Counted from the stretch's first letter, positions 38,154 through 51,400 are shown. The stretch is DNA of 64,000 nt from Camelus ferus (GCF_009834535.1 NC_045697.1:48114001-48178000); one strand, 5' to 3'. The notes: a model not told the origin generated them from the letters alone. Translations and numbers: made by a program.

Positions 38154-38653
38154 TGTGAATAGAAAATATTGCGTGCCATTCCAGTAAACAAAGGGTGTTG
38201 TGGCCATCAAGTCATCAGCTGCTACAGCCACCCCTGACAGAAAGCAGAGGGAGCTCAGGATGGAGATGAGCAGGCAGCCCGGCTTCTGCTGTCACCCCCA
38301 GTGGCGCCCCCTGAGGGAACTCAGGATGGGAAAGAACAGGATACTGGTCCTAGACAGCTAGGTGCTTTTCAAAGGAATGATTTCAGTGAGCCCAGACCCT
38401 TGCATACATAGAAAAGTACTGAATTCTTTAAACTGAGATGTCTGGTTTTCTTTAATTAACAGTAATCTTTTGATAATCCAACTACCTGGTCTTTGGGGCA
38501 AAACTCCTGTGTATTCTGGCTCCTCCCCCTCCTCTTTGGAACAATATCTTAGCGCTATCTGAGGGGCTGCCTCCTGGGTTTGAGTTCTCAGAAAGTCTGG
38601 CAAATAAAACGTAACTCTCAACTTATAAGTTATACACTTTATTTCAGCCAACA
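38154..38653 (+). mobile_element. Solo ERV LTR related to the LTRs of the inverted repeat
   Basis: Begins 'tgtgaat', ends 'tcagccaaca', AATAAA near 38603. Shares 'agctaggtgctt', 'catagaaaagtactgaattc' and 'gatgtctggttttcttt' with the LTR starting at 43406. Confidence 0.85.
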
Positions 38654-38945
38654 TATGTATATATCTCAACCCTTACCTAGAGCTGGGAGTAGTAAAATGG
38701 CACATCTCAGTGAGAGGGGAGAATGGTAGAAAGGAAGGTGATGGGAAATGGATAAGACTAGGACAGAACTCATGCAGCTGGGTAAGCCATTTCCTGCTAA
38801 GGTGGGGCTGAGCTCCTTCAGTTGGGAGAAGGGAGAATTCTGCTTCCCTTGGAAAAGCAGAATCTTTTCCTTCTTGGGTCTCTATTGGTCAGATGAGTGT
38901 GAGCAGAGCAACAGAGGCTCAGCTCACTTTGTGAGAGGTTCCATG

Positions 38946-40434
38946 TGTGGACTGAGAAAAATGCACAGCCTAAAAGTTGAGAGTTATGTGTTATTCGGCA
39001 GACATTTCTGAGGACTCGAACCCCTTCAAGCCCGGGATGACAGCCTCCCAGATCACGGGGAGGGACTGCTATGAAGAAGTAGGGGAGGAGCCAGGATATA
39101 TAGGAGTTTTACAATAAAGACGAGGGAGTCAGAACGTTAAAGATTACTGTTAAAGAAAACCAGGCATCTCAAGTTAAAGAATTTAGTGCTTTTCTATGTA
39201 AAGGAAGGAGCAAACATTTGGGCTCATTGAAACCATTCCTTTGACAAGCACCTAGCTATCCAGGGCCAACTTCCTGTCCTTTCACATTCTGAGTCCCCTC
39301 AGGGTGCACCATTGTGGATGGCTACAGACACCCAGCTGCAGGATTGTCTTCACTGGGGTGGGGGGGGGCGGGGAGGATGGCGGCAGCTGCTGATGATTTG
39401 ATGGCTTCAGCATTCTTTACTTACTGATGTGGCTTGCAGTATGTTTCATTCACATTGCTCCCCCTTGGTCCTAAAGTCGACCAGTATTTTGAGAGACATT
39501 TCATGACCAATTTTGTCCCACGGTGCTAGGCTCATTCCTAGATCAGGGGAAGATTCTGTCGACATGCCACTCAAAGTGCCAATTTTTGGATCAGGCCCTG
39601 TTGATAACCAAAAATTCTCTGGATCGCCTGCCTTACTAGTCTGTTACGATCCGGGAAATGTTTTTCCCTCATTGCTCATTCCCATACCTAGAATCACACT
39701 ATTACAATTATTCTTTGCAGGGTTGTAATGTGATCTATTGTTTAGCCATCTTGTCAGAGGCCTAGTTACACACTGGGAAATGTAAGAGACAACAATCTTA
39801 TAAAATAGAATAAGTAATACAGTTAGGAACATTAATAAAGCCATACAAAGCATAACAATTTAGAAACAAAGAACAAATTAAAACAATGATTAGTATAACT
39901 AGTTGTAATGTAGTTGCAATAACCATCAAGTCCACAGGGGAGCCTGCTGGAGAAGTCAAATTCTGGAAAGATCAGGTAGAGAGAAAAAGATAAATGTTTC
40001 CTTCTTGTTTACAAAGGCACACTTTATCAATTTGTTGTATGTCATAGAATAAGAGGAAAGGTTTTATGGAAAATAAAGAATAAAGGCCAGTATGTTCCTC
40101 AAAAATCTCAAAAATCATAAGGTTATCAATCATATTTATCAGCTCATTCAGTTCCATGTAATTAATTTCTGTTTATCTGGATGAAGTCATCAGGTTTCCA
40201 TTAGAGTTTCATAATTTACCCAGTTCAGAGGTATGATCTAAAAGTTATCAGGAACACATTTGTTTAAAAGTCCCTTTTTTTGTAAATCTTCCTGAAGATC
40301 TCCATTTTATAAAAACATCAGACTGAAACAGTGACTGTTTATATAAGTGCCAAGACTTAAAATGGCATGGTTAAAGATTTGATTATGATGCAATTGACAA
40401 GCAACTTAGATGTTTCTGACATACAATATTTTAA
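38946..40434 (-). mobile_element. ERV1-like 3' end: 3' LTR (38946-39454), polypurine tract and 3' internal sequence
   Basis: On the minus strand, PPT 'aagggggagcaa' directly precedes LTR 'tgtgaatgaaac...ctcagtccaca', which carries a TATA-like 'ctatatat'. Confidence 0.88.
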
Positions 40435-43400
40435 ACCCTAAAATTTTATAACATAAAACTGTTTATTTAGGAATCTTCTCACAGAAAAAAAAAGTCAAAT
40501 TTAAAAAGATGCATTTGGACCCAGGTGACAGACAAGTTCTTTGGGAAACTAATAGCCACTATCTTTGTCTTACCAATCAGAAATGTAAATACAATAAAGA
40601 ATGACCTGAGACTGAGCCTAATTATAAAACCAAAAAAAATTTTTTTGGCATTTTAAAACTCAATACTCTGACAAGTCCTTCAGACTTTATCAAGGACAAA
40701 TACAAATCTTAGAAGTCTTTTCCATAAATAGTAAGCCTTAGTGATTTGAGCAAGCAAATTCAATTTATTCCAACTGTTATTTATAAGCAGTAAGTTTATA
40801 TTTTAATACCTAATTCATAACTAAGTTTTGAAGTGAAGCTATAAAATCTCTAGTTTTATCTATTTATATGTCTGTGTATACATTATAGATATGAGATGTC
40901 TCTACTGCTAAAAAATGTCAAAATTAAATTTATAAAATAGCTGTAATTAATTGACTTAGAAGTAAGTGCTTACAACTTAAATTTTCCAAAATAAAAACTG
41001 GCCAAATTGACTTTCAGGTTCATGAGAACTAGGAAATATGCAATATTAAGTTACTACCTGGTATTAAGTTTAGTTTAAGTTTGTTGATCTAATTAATACA
41101 GACACATCTTTAGAGTCATCAATATTAAGTATAATCTTTTACTGTACCTGGGTTTAATGAAAGTCAAATAAAACCTTGCTATATCTGTTGCAGATTTGTA
41201 AAAAAAAAAAAAAAGTAATGAGGTGTGATAAAATTCTTATAAGTAAATTAAACACAAATGAGATAAGAGCTTTTGCTGTAAAAACCCTTTAAAAATAATT
41301 ATATTTTAGAAACGTTTGCTTGAAATAATCGCTACAAATATTTGGTATCTTAAAATTCCAGACTTGTGCTAAATTAAGTTAAATGATGGGAGTTTATTAA
41401 ATAACTAGGTCATTCCCAATTAAAACATTAATTACTAAACATTGGCTTCCCGTTACAGAGAAGCTAAAGGTATTTGGGACTATTGATAAATATGTTTGGT
41501 GACACCCTGAGAGATTTTCTATAAGGAGCCCATGGGTTTAGAAATTATTATTGGTGTTTATGTTTGTCAATCTACAGAATGCTAATATATAAGACAGTTC
41601 ATAATTGCTTATTTTCTAGTTTTGCCTGGAAAGTAAGGATTTTAAGAGTTCAGTGTTCTAATTTAAATATGTCGACTACTTGTTATTTAAATATATCTAC
41701 TACAAATAATGAAGAAAACATTTTGGTATACAGTAGAAAAATAAAATGTGTGTTTTCAGCAAAAGAAGATATAAGAGATAAAATTGCATTTTGCTACATA
41801 GAGTTGGTAGTTTCTAGTCGGGAGAATTAAGTGATAAAATAATATGGATACAGAAAGTGATAGGTTATGGAGAAGGAATCCTGAGAAAAAGAGTTTTTGT
41901 ATGGTCAGGATTGACTAAGTAAATGAGTTTTTGTTAAAAGCAAGCTGATATAAGACTGGATTTTAATTCTCTATGTTAAGAAAACAAAGTTTCTTAGAGT
42001 TCTACTTTTGATAACAGATTGTGTGTCTGTGCTTTAAGTGATTTTTATCTCTTTCTAAAACCATTGTCACTTTGGTTGAGTAAATAAATATTGTTTCACA
42101 GTGACCTATGATTTTTATCTGACCAAGTGTTTTGAAACATTTTTTACAAGCTTCCCAAATATCAAACTTTGATTAAAGTTCTTTTGACCTCCAGCTACTT
42201 TTGGGATGTATCAGAGGGCCTCTGAAACATCCAAAAGAGACATATTAAACTAACTAGATTTATCTGGTATGTTAAATTATTTAAAAAAACATTGTCAAGT
42301 TATGTGGGATAAAGCTTAGGTTATATTGTAGAGATAAAAGCCACTAATATAGTTATTCCAAAATTTGTATAAAACTCCTAAAAATCTAATATGTACTAGT
42401 ATCAGTCATAATTCTAATTATTATCTTAAAATATTGTATGTCAGAAACATCTAAGTTGCTTGTCAATTGCATCATAATCAAATCTTTAACCATGCCATTT
42501 TAAGTCTTGGCACTTATATAAACAGTCACTGTTTCAGTCTGATGTTTTTATAAAATGGAGATCTTCAGGAAGATTTACAAAAAAAGGGACTTTTAAACAA
42601 ATGTGTTCCTGATAACTTTTAGATCATACCTCTGAACTGGGTAAATTATGAAACTCTAATGGAAACCTGATGACTTCATCCAGATAAACAGAAATTAATT
42701 ACATGGAACTGAATGAGCTGATAAATATGATTGATAACCTTATGATTTTTGAGATTTTTGAGGAACATACTGGCCTTTATTCTTTATTTTCCATAAAACC
42801 TTTCCTCTTATTCTATGACATACAACAAATTGATAAAGTGTGCCTTTGTAAACAAGAAGGAAACATTTATCTTTTTCTCTCTACCTGATCTTTCCAGAAT
42901 TTGACTTCTCCAGCAGGCTCCCCTGTGGACTTGATGGTTATTGCAACTACATTACAACTAGTTATACTAATCATTGTTTTAATTTGTTCTTTGTTTCTAA
43001 ATTGTTATGCTTTGTATGGCTTTATTAATGTTCCTAACTGTATTACTTATTCTATTTTATAAGATTGTTGTCTCTTACATTTCCCAGTGTGTAACTAGGC
43101 CTCTGACAAGATGGCTAAACAATAGATCACATTACAACCCTGCAAAGAATAATTGTAATAGTGTGATTCTAGGTATGGGAATGAGCAATGAGGGAAAAAC
43201 ATTTCCCGGATCGTAACAGACTAGTAAGGCAGGCGATCCAGAGAATTTTTGGTTATCAACAGGGCCTGATCCAAAAATTGGCACTTTGAGTGGCATGTCG
43301 ACAGAATCTTCACCTGATCTAGGAATGAGCCTAGCACCGTGGGACAAAATTGGTCATGAAATGTCTCTCAAAATACTGGTCGACTTTAGGACCAAGGGGG

Positions 43401-43680
43401 AGCAATGTGAATGAAACATACTGCAAGCCACATCAGTAAGTAAAGAATGCTGAAGCCATCAAATCATCAGCAGCTGCCGCCATCCTCCCCGCCCACCCCC
43501 ACCCCAGTGAAGACAATCCTGCAGCTGGGTGTCTGTAGCCATCCACAATGGTGCACCCTGAGGGGACTCAGAATGTGAAAGGACAGGAAGTTGGCCCTGG
43601 ATAGCTAGGTGCTTGTCAAAGGAATGGTTTCAATGAGCCCAAATGTTTGCTCCTTCCTTTACATAGAAAAGCACTAAATT
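39180..43680. repeat. Long inverted repeat: arms 39180-40434 and 42426-43680 (1,255 bp each), spacer 1,991 bp
   Basis: Three ORF pairs have identical translations on opposite strands (39513+/43347-, 39853-/43007+, 40157-/42703+); position x pairs with 82860-x. By eye I found 2 mismatches (39365/43495, 39548/43312). Confidence 0.97.
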
Positions 43681-43707
43681 TTTAACTTGTGATGTCTGGT
43701 TTTCTTT
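40435..43707 (+). mobile_element. ERV1-like AT-rich non-coding internal region, PPT and first part of the 3' LTR (from 43406)
   Basis: PPT 'aagggggagcaa' at ~43394-43405 followed by 'tgtgaatgaaac'; the LTR is interrupted by L1 after 43707. Assigning the spacer to ERV internal sequence is inference. Confidence 0.8.
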
Positions 43708-46700
43708 CTTTTATATGTGTTTATATATATATATATTTTTTTTTAATTGAAGTATATTCAGTTTATAATGTTGTATAAATTTCTGATGTACAGCATGTTT
43801 CAGTCATACATGAACATACATATATTCATTTTCATATTCTGTTTTCACCATAAGTTACTACAAGATATTGAATATAGTTCCCTGTGTTATACAGTATAAA
43901 CTTATTGCTTATCTATTTTATATGTATTAGTTAGTATCCGAAAATCTAAAACTCCCAATTTATTCCAACCTACCTCCTTCCCCCACCCATAACCATAAGT
44001 TTGTTCTCTATTTCTGTGAGTCTGTTTTCTGTTTTACATATGTTTGGTTGTCTTTTTTTTTTTAGATTCCACATAAAGTGATATCATATGATATTTTTCT
44101 TTCTCTTTCTGGCTTATTTCAGTTAGAATGACAACCTCCAGTTCTATCCATGTTGCTGTAAATGACATTATTTTATTCTTTTTTATGACTGAGTAGTATT
44201 CCACTGTATAAATATACTGAATTTCTTTATCCAGTCATCTGTCCATGGACATTTAGCTCATTTCCTTGTCTTGGCTATTGTATATAGTGCGGCTATAAAC
44301 ATTTGAGTGCATGTGTCTTTTTGAATTAAGTTTCCCTCTGAATATATGCCCAGGAGTGGATTACTGGATCATATAATAAAGTCTATTTTTAGTCTTTTGA
44401 AGAATCTCCATACTGTTTTCCATAACAGCTGCACCAAACTCCATTCCCACCAACAGGGTAGGAGGGTTCCCTTTTCTCCACACAGTTTATCCACAGCATT
44501 TATCATTCATGGGCTTTTGAATGATGGCCATTCTGACTGGTGTGAGGTGATACCTCATTGAAGTTTTGATCTGCATTTCTCTGATATTAGTGCTACTGAG
44601 CATTTTTTCATGGGCCTATTGGCCATTTGTATGTCTTCATTGGAGAATTGCTTCTTTAGGTCTTGTGCCCATTTTTGGATTGGATTGTTTGTTTTTTTTC
44701 TTATTAAATTGTATTAGCTGTTTATATATTCTGGAAATAAAGCCCTTCAGTCTAATTTTTTGCAAGTATTTTTCTCCCATTCCATAGGTTGTCTTTTTGT
44801 TTTCCTTATGGTTTCCTTTGCTGTGCAAACGCTTATAAGTTTAATAGGTCCTGTTTGTTTATTTTTGCTTTTATTTCTGTTTCCTGGGTAGACTGCCCTA
44901 GGAGAACATTGCTGAGATTTATGTCAGATAATGTTTTGCCTATGTTTTCTTCTAAGAGGTTTTTGTATCTTGTCTTATGTTTAAGTCTGACCCATTTTGA
45001 GTTTATTTTTGTGTATGGTGTAAGAGAGTGTTCTAGCTTCATTGTTTTACATGCTGCTGTCCAGTTTTCCCAACACCATTTGCTGAAGAGACTGCCTTAA
45101 TCCATTGTAAGGCCTCCTTTCTTGCCTCCTTTGTTAAAGGTAATTGACCAAAAGTCTGTGGGTTTATTTCTGGGCTTTCTATTCTGTTCCATTGATATAT
45201 ATGTCTGTTTTTGTACCAGTACCATGCTGTTTTGATTATTTTAGCTCTATAGTATTGTCTGAAGTCTGGGAGGGTTATTCCTCCAGCTTCATTATTTTTC
45301 TTCAGTATTGCTTTGGCAATTCTGGGTCTTTTGTGATTTCATATGAATTTTAGTATTATTTGTTCCAATTCTGTGAAAAATGTCCTGGGTAATTTGATAG
45401 AAATTGTATTAAATCTATAGATTGCTTTGGGTAGTATGGCCATTTTAACAATACGAGTTCTTCCAGACCAAGAGCATGGGATATCTTTCCTTTTCTTTAA
45501 GTCATCTTTAATTTGCTTAGTCAGTGTCTTGTAGTTCTCTGTGTATGTCTTTCACTTCCTTGGTCAGATTTATTCCTAAGTGTTTTGTTTTTTTGGATGC
45601 AATTTTAAAAGGAATTGTTTCTTTACATTTCTTTTCAGATATTTCGTTGTTATTGTAAAGAAATGCCACTGATTTTTGTATGTTAATTTTGTATCCTGCT
45701 ACTTTGCCAAATTCTTTTATCAGCTCTAGTAGTTTTTTTGTGGAGTCTTAAGGGTTTTCTATATACAGTATCATATCTTCCGCATATAATGACAATTTTA
45801 CCTCTTCTCTTCCAATTTGGATCCCTTTTATTTCTTTTTCTTATTTAATTGCTATGGCTAGGACTTCCAATACTACATTGAATAGAAGTGGTGAGATTGG
45901 GCATCTTTGACTTCTCCCAGATTTCAGTGAGAAAGCTTTCAGCTTTTCACTATTGAGTATTACATTGGCTATAGGTTTGTCATAAATACCTTTTATTATG
46001 TTGAGATATGTTCTCTCTATACCCACTTTGGTTAGAATTTTTATCATAAATGGGTGCTGAATTTCATGAAAAATTTTTTGCATCTATTGAAATGATTATG
46101 TGACTTTAGTCCTTTCTCTTGATGTGTGGTGAGTCACATTGATTGATTTGTGTATGTTGAACCATCCTTATGTCCCTGGGATGACCCCAACTTGATCATG
46201 GTGTGTAATCTTTTTTATGTTTGTTGGATTCTGTTTGCTAATATTTTTTGAGGATTTTTGCATCTATGTTCATCAACAATATTGGCCTATAGTTCTCTTC
46301 TTTGGTAGTGTCTTTGTCTGGCTTTTGTATCAGTGTGATGGTGGCTTCATAGAAGTAGTTTGGAAGTATTCCCTCCTCTTCAGTCTTTAGGAAGAGTTGG
46401 AGATGGATTGATATGAGCTCTTCTTTGTATGTTTGATAGAATTCCCTGGTGAAGCCATCTGGTCCTGGACTTTTGTTTGCAGGGAAGCTTTTTATTGCTG
46501 ATTCTATTTCACTTCTAGTGCTTGGTCTGTTCAAATGATCTATTTCTTGTTGATTCAGTTTTGGTGGACTGTATGTTTCTGGAAACATATCCATTTCTTC
46601 TAAGTTGTCCAATTTATTGCCATATAGTTCTTTATAGTATTCTCTTCTGATATTTTGTATTTCTGTGGTGTTGGTTGTAATTTCTCTATTTTCCTTTCTT

Positions 46701-48264
46701 ATTTGTTTATTTGTGTCTTCTCTCTTTTCTTCTTGGAGAGCCTGGCAGAGGCTTGTCCATTTTATTTGTTCTTTCAAAAAACCAGCTCTTGGTGTGATAG
46801 ATTTTTTTTCTATTGTTTTTTTTTTCTAATCTGCATTTTATTTATTTCCTCCCTGATCTTTATTATTTCTTTTCTCCTGATGACTTTAAGCTTTGTTTGC
46901 TCTTCTTTTTCTAATTCTTTTAGGTGGTAGATTAGATGGTTTATTTGAGATTGTTCTTGTTTTTTGATGGAGGCCTGTATCACTATGAACTTTTCTTTTA
47001 GGACTGCTTTTGCTGCATCCCATAGATTTTGTGTGGTTGTGTTTTCATTGTCATTTGTCTGAAGGTATTTTTTAATTTCTTCTATGATTTCATCATTGAC
47101 CCATTGGCTTTTTAGTAACATGTTTTTTATTCTCCATGTCATTTTTTTTTCTCCTTTGTTTTTCTGTGGTTGATTTCTAGTTTCATGGCATTGTGATCAG
47201 AGAAGATGCTTGAAATAACTTCTATCCTCTTAAATTTGTTGGGGCTTCTTTTGTGCCTGAATATGTGGTCTATCCTAGAGAATGTTCTATGAGCACTTGA
47301 AAAGAATGTATATTCTGTGTTTTGGAGACATAATATCCTAAAAATATCAACCAAGTCCAACTGTTCTATTGTGTCATTTAGTATCTCCATTGCCTTATTG
47401 ATTTTCAGTCTGAAAGACCTGTCCAATGATGTTAGTGGGGTGTTAAAGTCTCCTACTATTATTGTATTCACATTAATTTCTCCCTTTGTGTCTGTTAGTA
47501 TTTGTTTTATATATGTAGATGCTCCTATATTGGGTGCACATATGTTAATGAGTGTAATATCCTCATCTTGTATTGATCCTTTGATCATTACATAGTGTCC
47601 TTCTCTATCTTTCTATATGGCCTTTGTTTTAAAGTCGATTTTGTCTGATATAATTATTGCTACTCCTCCTGCTTTCTTGTCGTTTCTATTTGCATGAAAT
47701 ATATTTTTCCATCCTCTCACTTTCAATGTATGTGTGTCCTTTACTCTAAAGTGGGTCTCTTTTAGGCAGCATATTGTAGGTTTTTATTTTATTATCCAAT
47801 CTGCCACTCTATGTCTTTTGATTGGAACATTTAGTCCATTGACATTTATAGTAGTTATTGATAGATGTGTGTTTATTCCCATTTTGACCATTGTTTTCCA
47901 GTTGATTTGGTATTTCTTCTTTGTTTCTTTCTTTTCCTTTTTTTTTTTTTTTTTTTTGTGAGTGGTTTGATAATTTTCGTTTGTATTAGCCTGGTTTCTT
48001 TTTGTTTTTTGTGACTCTATTGTATGCCTTTGATTTGTGGTTACCCTGTTATGTCAAGTATGTTAACCCCTTACTGTATCTGTTTGCTTTAGACTGGCAG
48101 TCATGTAGGCTCAAACACACCCTAAAAAGAACAAGGAAAAAAAAAAAAAAAGAAAGAAAAAGAAAAAAGGAAACAATGAAGAGAGAGAAGAAAAAATCTG
48201 TATTTTCTTGCTCCATCTCCCACCCTTTATGATTTTAATGTCTTTTTTTTTTTTTTTTTTTTTT
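43708..48264 (-). mobile_element. 5'-truncated L1 (~4.6 kb) with full-span but disrupted ORF2 and 3' UTR, inserted in an LTR with ~17-bp TSD
   Basis: ORF2 start near 47882 (MGINTHLSITTINVNGLN); endonuclease motifs IIVGDFNTPL and FSDHNAMKLEI; RT motifs [25 protein letters not shown] and [16 protein letters not shown] gatgtctggttttcttt (43691-43707) / gatatctggttttcttt (48267-48283). Confidence 0.97.
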
Positions 48265-48487
48265 GAGATATCTGGTTTTCTTTAACAGTAATCTTTAATG
48301 TTCTGACTACCTGGTCTTTGTTGTAAAACTCCTATATATTTTGGCTCCTCCTCTATCTCTTCAGAGCAGTCCCTCAGAGCTATCTGAGAGGCTGTCATCC
48401 TGGGCTTGAAGGGATTCAAATCCTCAGAAATGTCTTTTGAATAAAACATAACTCAACTTTTAGGCTATGCATTTATTTCAGTTTACA
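48265..48487 (+). mobile_element. Remainder of the 3' LTR after the L1 insertion
   Basis: Continues 'aacagtaatctttaa...ctcctatatat...gaataaaacataactcaacttttaggc...tcagtttaca', homologous to the reverse complement of 38946-39170. Confidence 0.9.
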
Positions 48488-51400
48488 GAATCAATATAAT
48501 GAGATAGTGAAAATGGGTTTTTGTTAGAGTTTGGGCATTTCTGGAAGAAATCATGATTAGTGTATCAAGGAGAAGAGGCTCTTGGAGGCAAGCATTTCCC
48601 TCTGTGTTAATATCAGGAATAACTTCACTTGCCCTTTGCCATGTAATTTAGGTCACAAATTAAAATGTAAGCAGCATGTAAAGAAAAATTAACATGATGA
48701 AATCCTACTTTTCATTATGAAGAGTCAGAGAATGACTAAATTTGAGTAAACCCTCTGTTAAGAATGAATTGCTCATAATTAAGTAAAATATTTGTGCACG
48801 TTTATTGGATAGCATTAGATTAATATGAAGCATTAAAGAATTGGACACCAGAGACCAAAAAAAAAAAAAAAAAGTCTGTGCAAAAGATGTGATTTTTAAA
48901 AAAGTTTGTCAAAGCAAATATATAAAAGACTACATCTAAAGATCACCATTTAAATGCTTTTCCTGAATATTCTATGAATTTAAATCTGGGGATCTTTAAA
49001 TATTATCAGTTTTTATTTGTGACAATAAATCTTATAAAGGAACACTTTAAAAGTAGGACACTGTTCTTCTCAATAGTGAGCTTTTAAATGAAGGATATCT
49101 ATGATGTGGACCCTCTGTCTCTTGTCAGACTGAAATATCATGGGTATTCAGCTTTTCAAATCTCTTATGGAAGCTTGCTTTTCTTGGGGTGTAAAATGAT
49201 TGAAACACATTCCATCATTTCCTCTTTAACTCAAGCCATATGTTCAGATTTGAGTTTTAAAAATTCTCATTCCTTTATTTTCTAGGAAAATTAAGCATTT
49301 AACAACAGGTATATTATTGAAAGAAACCTATATGATTTATAACTAAGTATCCTCAAAGGAACTTTCCTGCCTCATGAGTAAGAATGCAAACTCCAAGATG
49401 TAAGGTACTATATTCAAAAGAAGCTCAAGATCACCCCGTCAGATTTTTTTTATTTTTACATATATTCTCATGCTTACTTAAATGGGAAAGATTTTTTCCT
49501 GGAAAAGATACAACCAAACACAAATCTAAAACCCAGAGCAGGAATGAAGGGGTAGTGCAGGTGTCCTTGGTGGGGATATTGGCATCAGGTAGCCCTTTTC
49601 TTAACCACTGGAACTGGTGAAGTTGAGGAAGCATTTCTTCTGTGAAATTAAAACGAGAGAGTCATGGTTAGAGAAAGATGTACCAGAAACTAAGAGATAT
49701 AGAATAAGGGATACTGTGCAAATTCATTCCAGTTTAGTTTACTGAGCAGCTGCTGGTATGAGTCACCCCAACTCCATCTGATAAGTAATAGTAGTGGAGA
49801 ATAGGCATTTGTCTCAGGAATATTTCACAAATTTAAAATGGTCCCCATTTTGACTGCCCCTTCAGTACAACTGGAATCTGCAAACTCTTGGTATGCCTGG
49901 CTCACCTCTGTAACATTCTCCATATTAGTGTCTGTATCCATTTGGCTTTAGGATCCAAGCAGACAATTGACTTAGACTTTGTCCAGGCTCTGGGGGAGAA
50001 TAAATCAAAATAAAGTGGTGTTATATTTTGGTCAGTCCTGCACTTAAGGAAAGATTTGAGTAAAAAAAAATAATGATTTCCACATGAAGTGAAATTGGAG
50101 GTAGGCAGCTTTGGATCTGGAGTAGGTGATTTATAGCATGAGGTCTGATGAATAAGAGAAACACCATTTTGTGACTGATATGTGTGAGCTAGTGGAACTG
50201 AATACGAGTTGACAGAATCTCACAGGTCAGAGGTTAGTATCTAGTTGACAACCTTTATATGAATTGGAAATGGACCAAATAGCTGACTCCAAGGTTGGCT
50301 CACTTCTAAAGCTATATCACAATATCTTTAAAATGTGTTTGTCCATTGAGCTTGGGAGAACAAAATAGACTACAGGAAACATTCTCTTAAGGACCTTTTA
50401 TTTGGGAAAAAAAAAAAACAATGAAATTTATCGTGGGAGAGGTTGCAGAGCTGATTACTCTGAGTGACATCTGCATTTGGCTGAACCATCAGTGAATGAG
50501 ATTTCCGATGCTCTATGTAATTAAGCAACAATAGAAGCAGTACGTATAATTGACAGCTGATATTGATCAAGCACTTACAATGTGCCAGCCACTGTGCTCA
50601 GCAGGGAACATGAATTATCTCGATGAATCTCACAAAAATCCAGTGCTAGAGGAACTATTATTTCCACACCTTCAGATGAGGAACTTGAGGCTTAGGGAGT
50701 TTAAAAAAGATCGCATAATATTGCACAACAAACGCATGGTAGAGCAGGATTCAAATAATGGTTATGTGTTTCTGGAACCCACACTTTCAGCCACTGCTCT
50801 ACATGGGCATGATCTGAATGGTCATCAAGTACCAGATATGGTGTGGAATGTTTTACCTGCAGTGGAAGAAGTGAGGTCTCACAGGTGACAGCAAACTGGG
50901 AGACTTTACTCACTGTTGGGGTGACCTCGAACAAAACAATTTCTTGATGTGTCATTTATTTTAGCTATAAAATCACAAACAACAAGGACCCATCCATCTA
51001 ACTTTGAAATTCCACCCTGGGAAGTTGAATCTCAGAGAGGTCAGAGATCATAGAACTGGGGTTCTTCAATAGAGCCTTCCAACTTGGTTTCTGAGTTCAT
51101 GATAGAAAAACAGATTTCTGACCATCTGGACTCACAGCACTTTCACTCCTGACTGCCATGAGTTTCTCATAATAATTTGCAGCTTTTGTTTCTATATCTG
51201 GTTAAATTCCGAAATGCAGAATTTGATAAGAAGACATGAAATCAAATTTTTGTCACTTCAAGACGATTGAAGTCAAAGTAGAGAAAATTAGGATGCACCG
51301 CTTCCCCTGGTTGAGAGATGAGAGACTTAACTCAAGAGAGAGAAAGTGTAATGAAAAGAAAGGAGCCTCGTTTTTCTAGACAGTCACAGAAACTGCTCCC

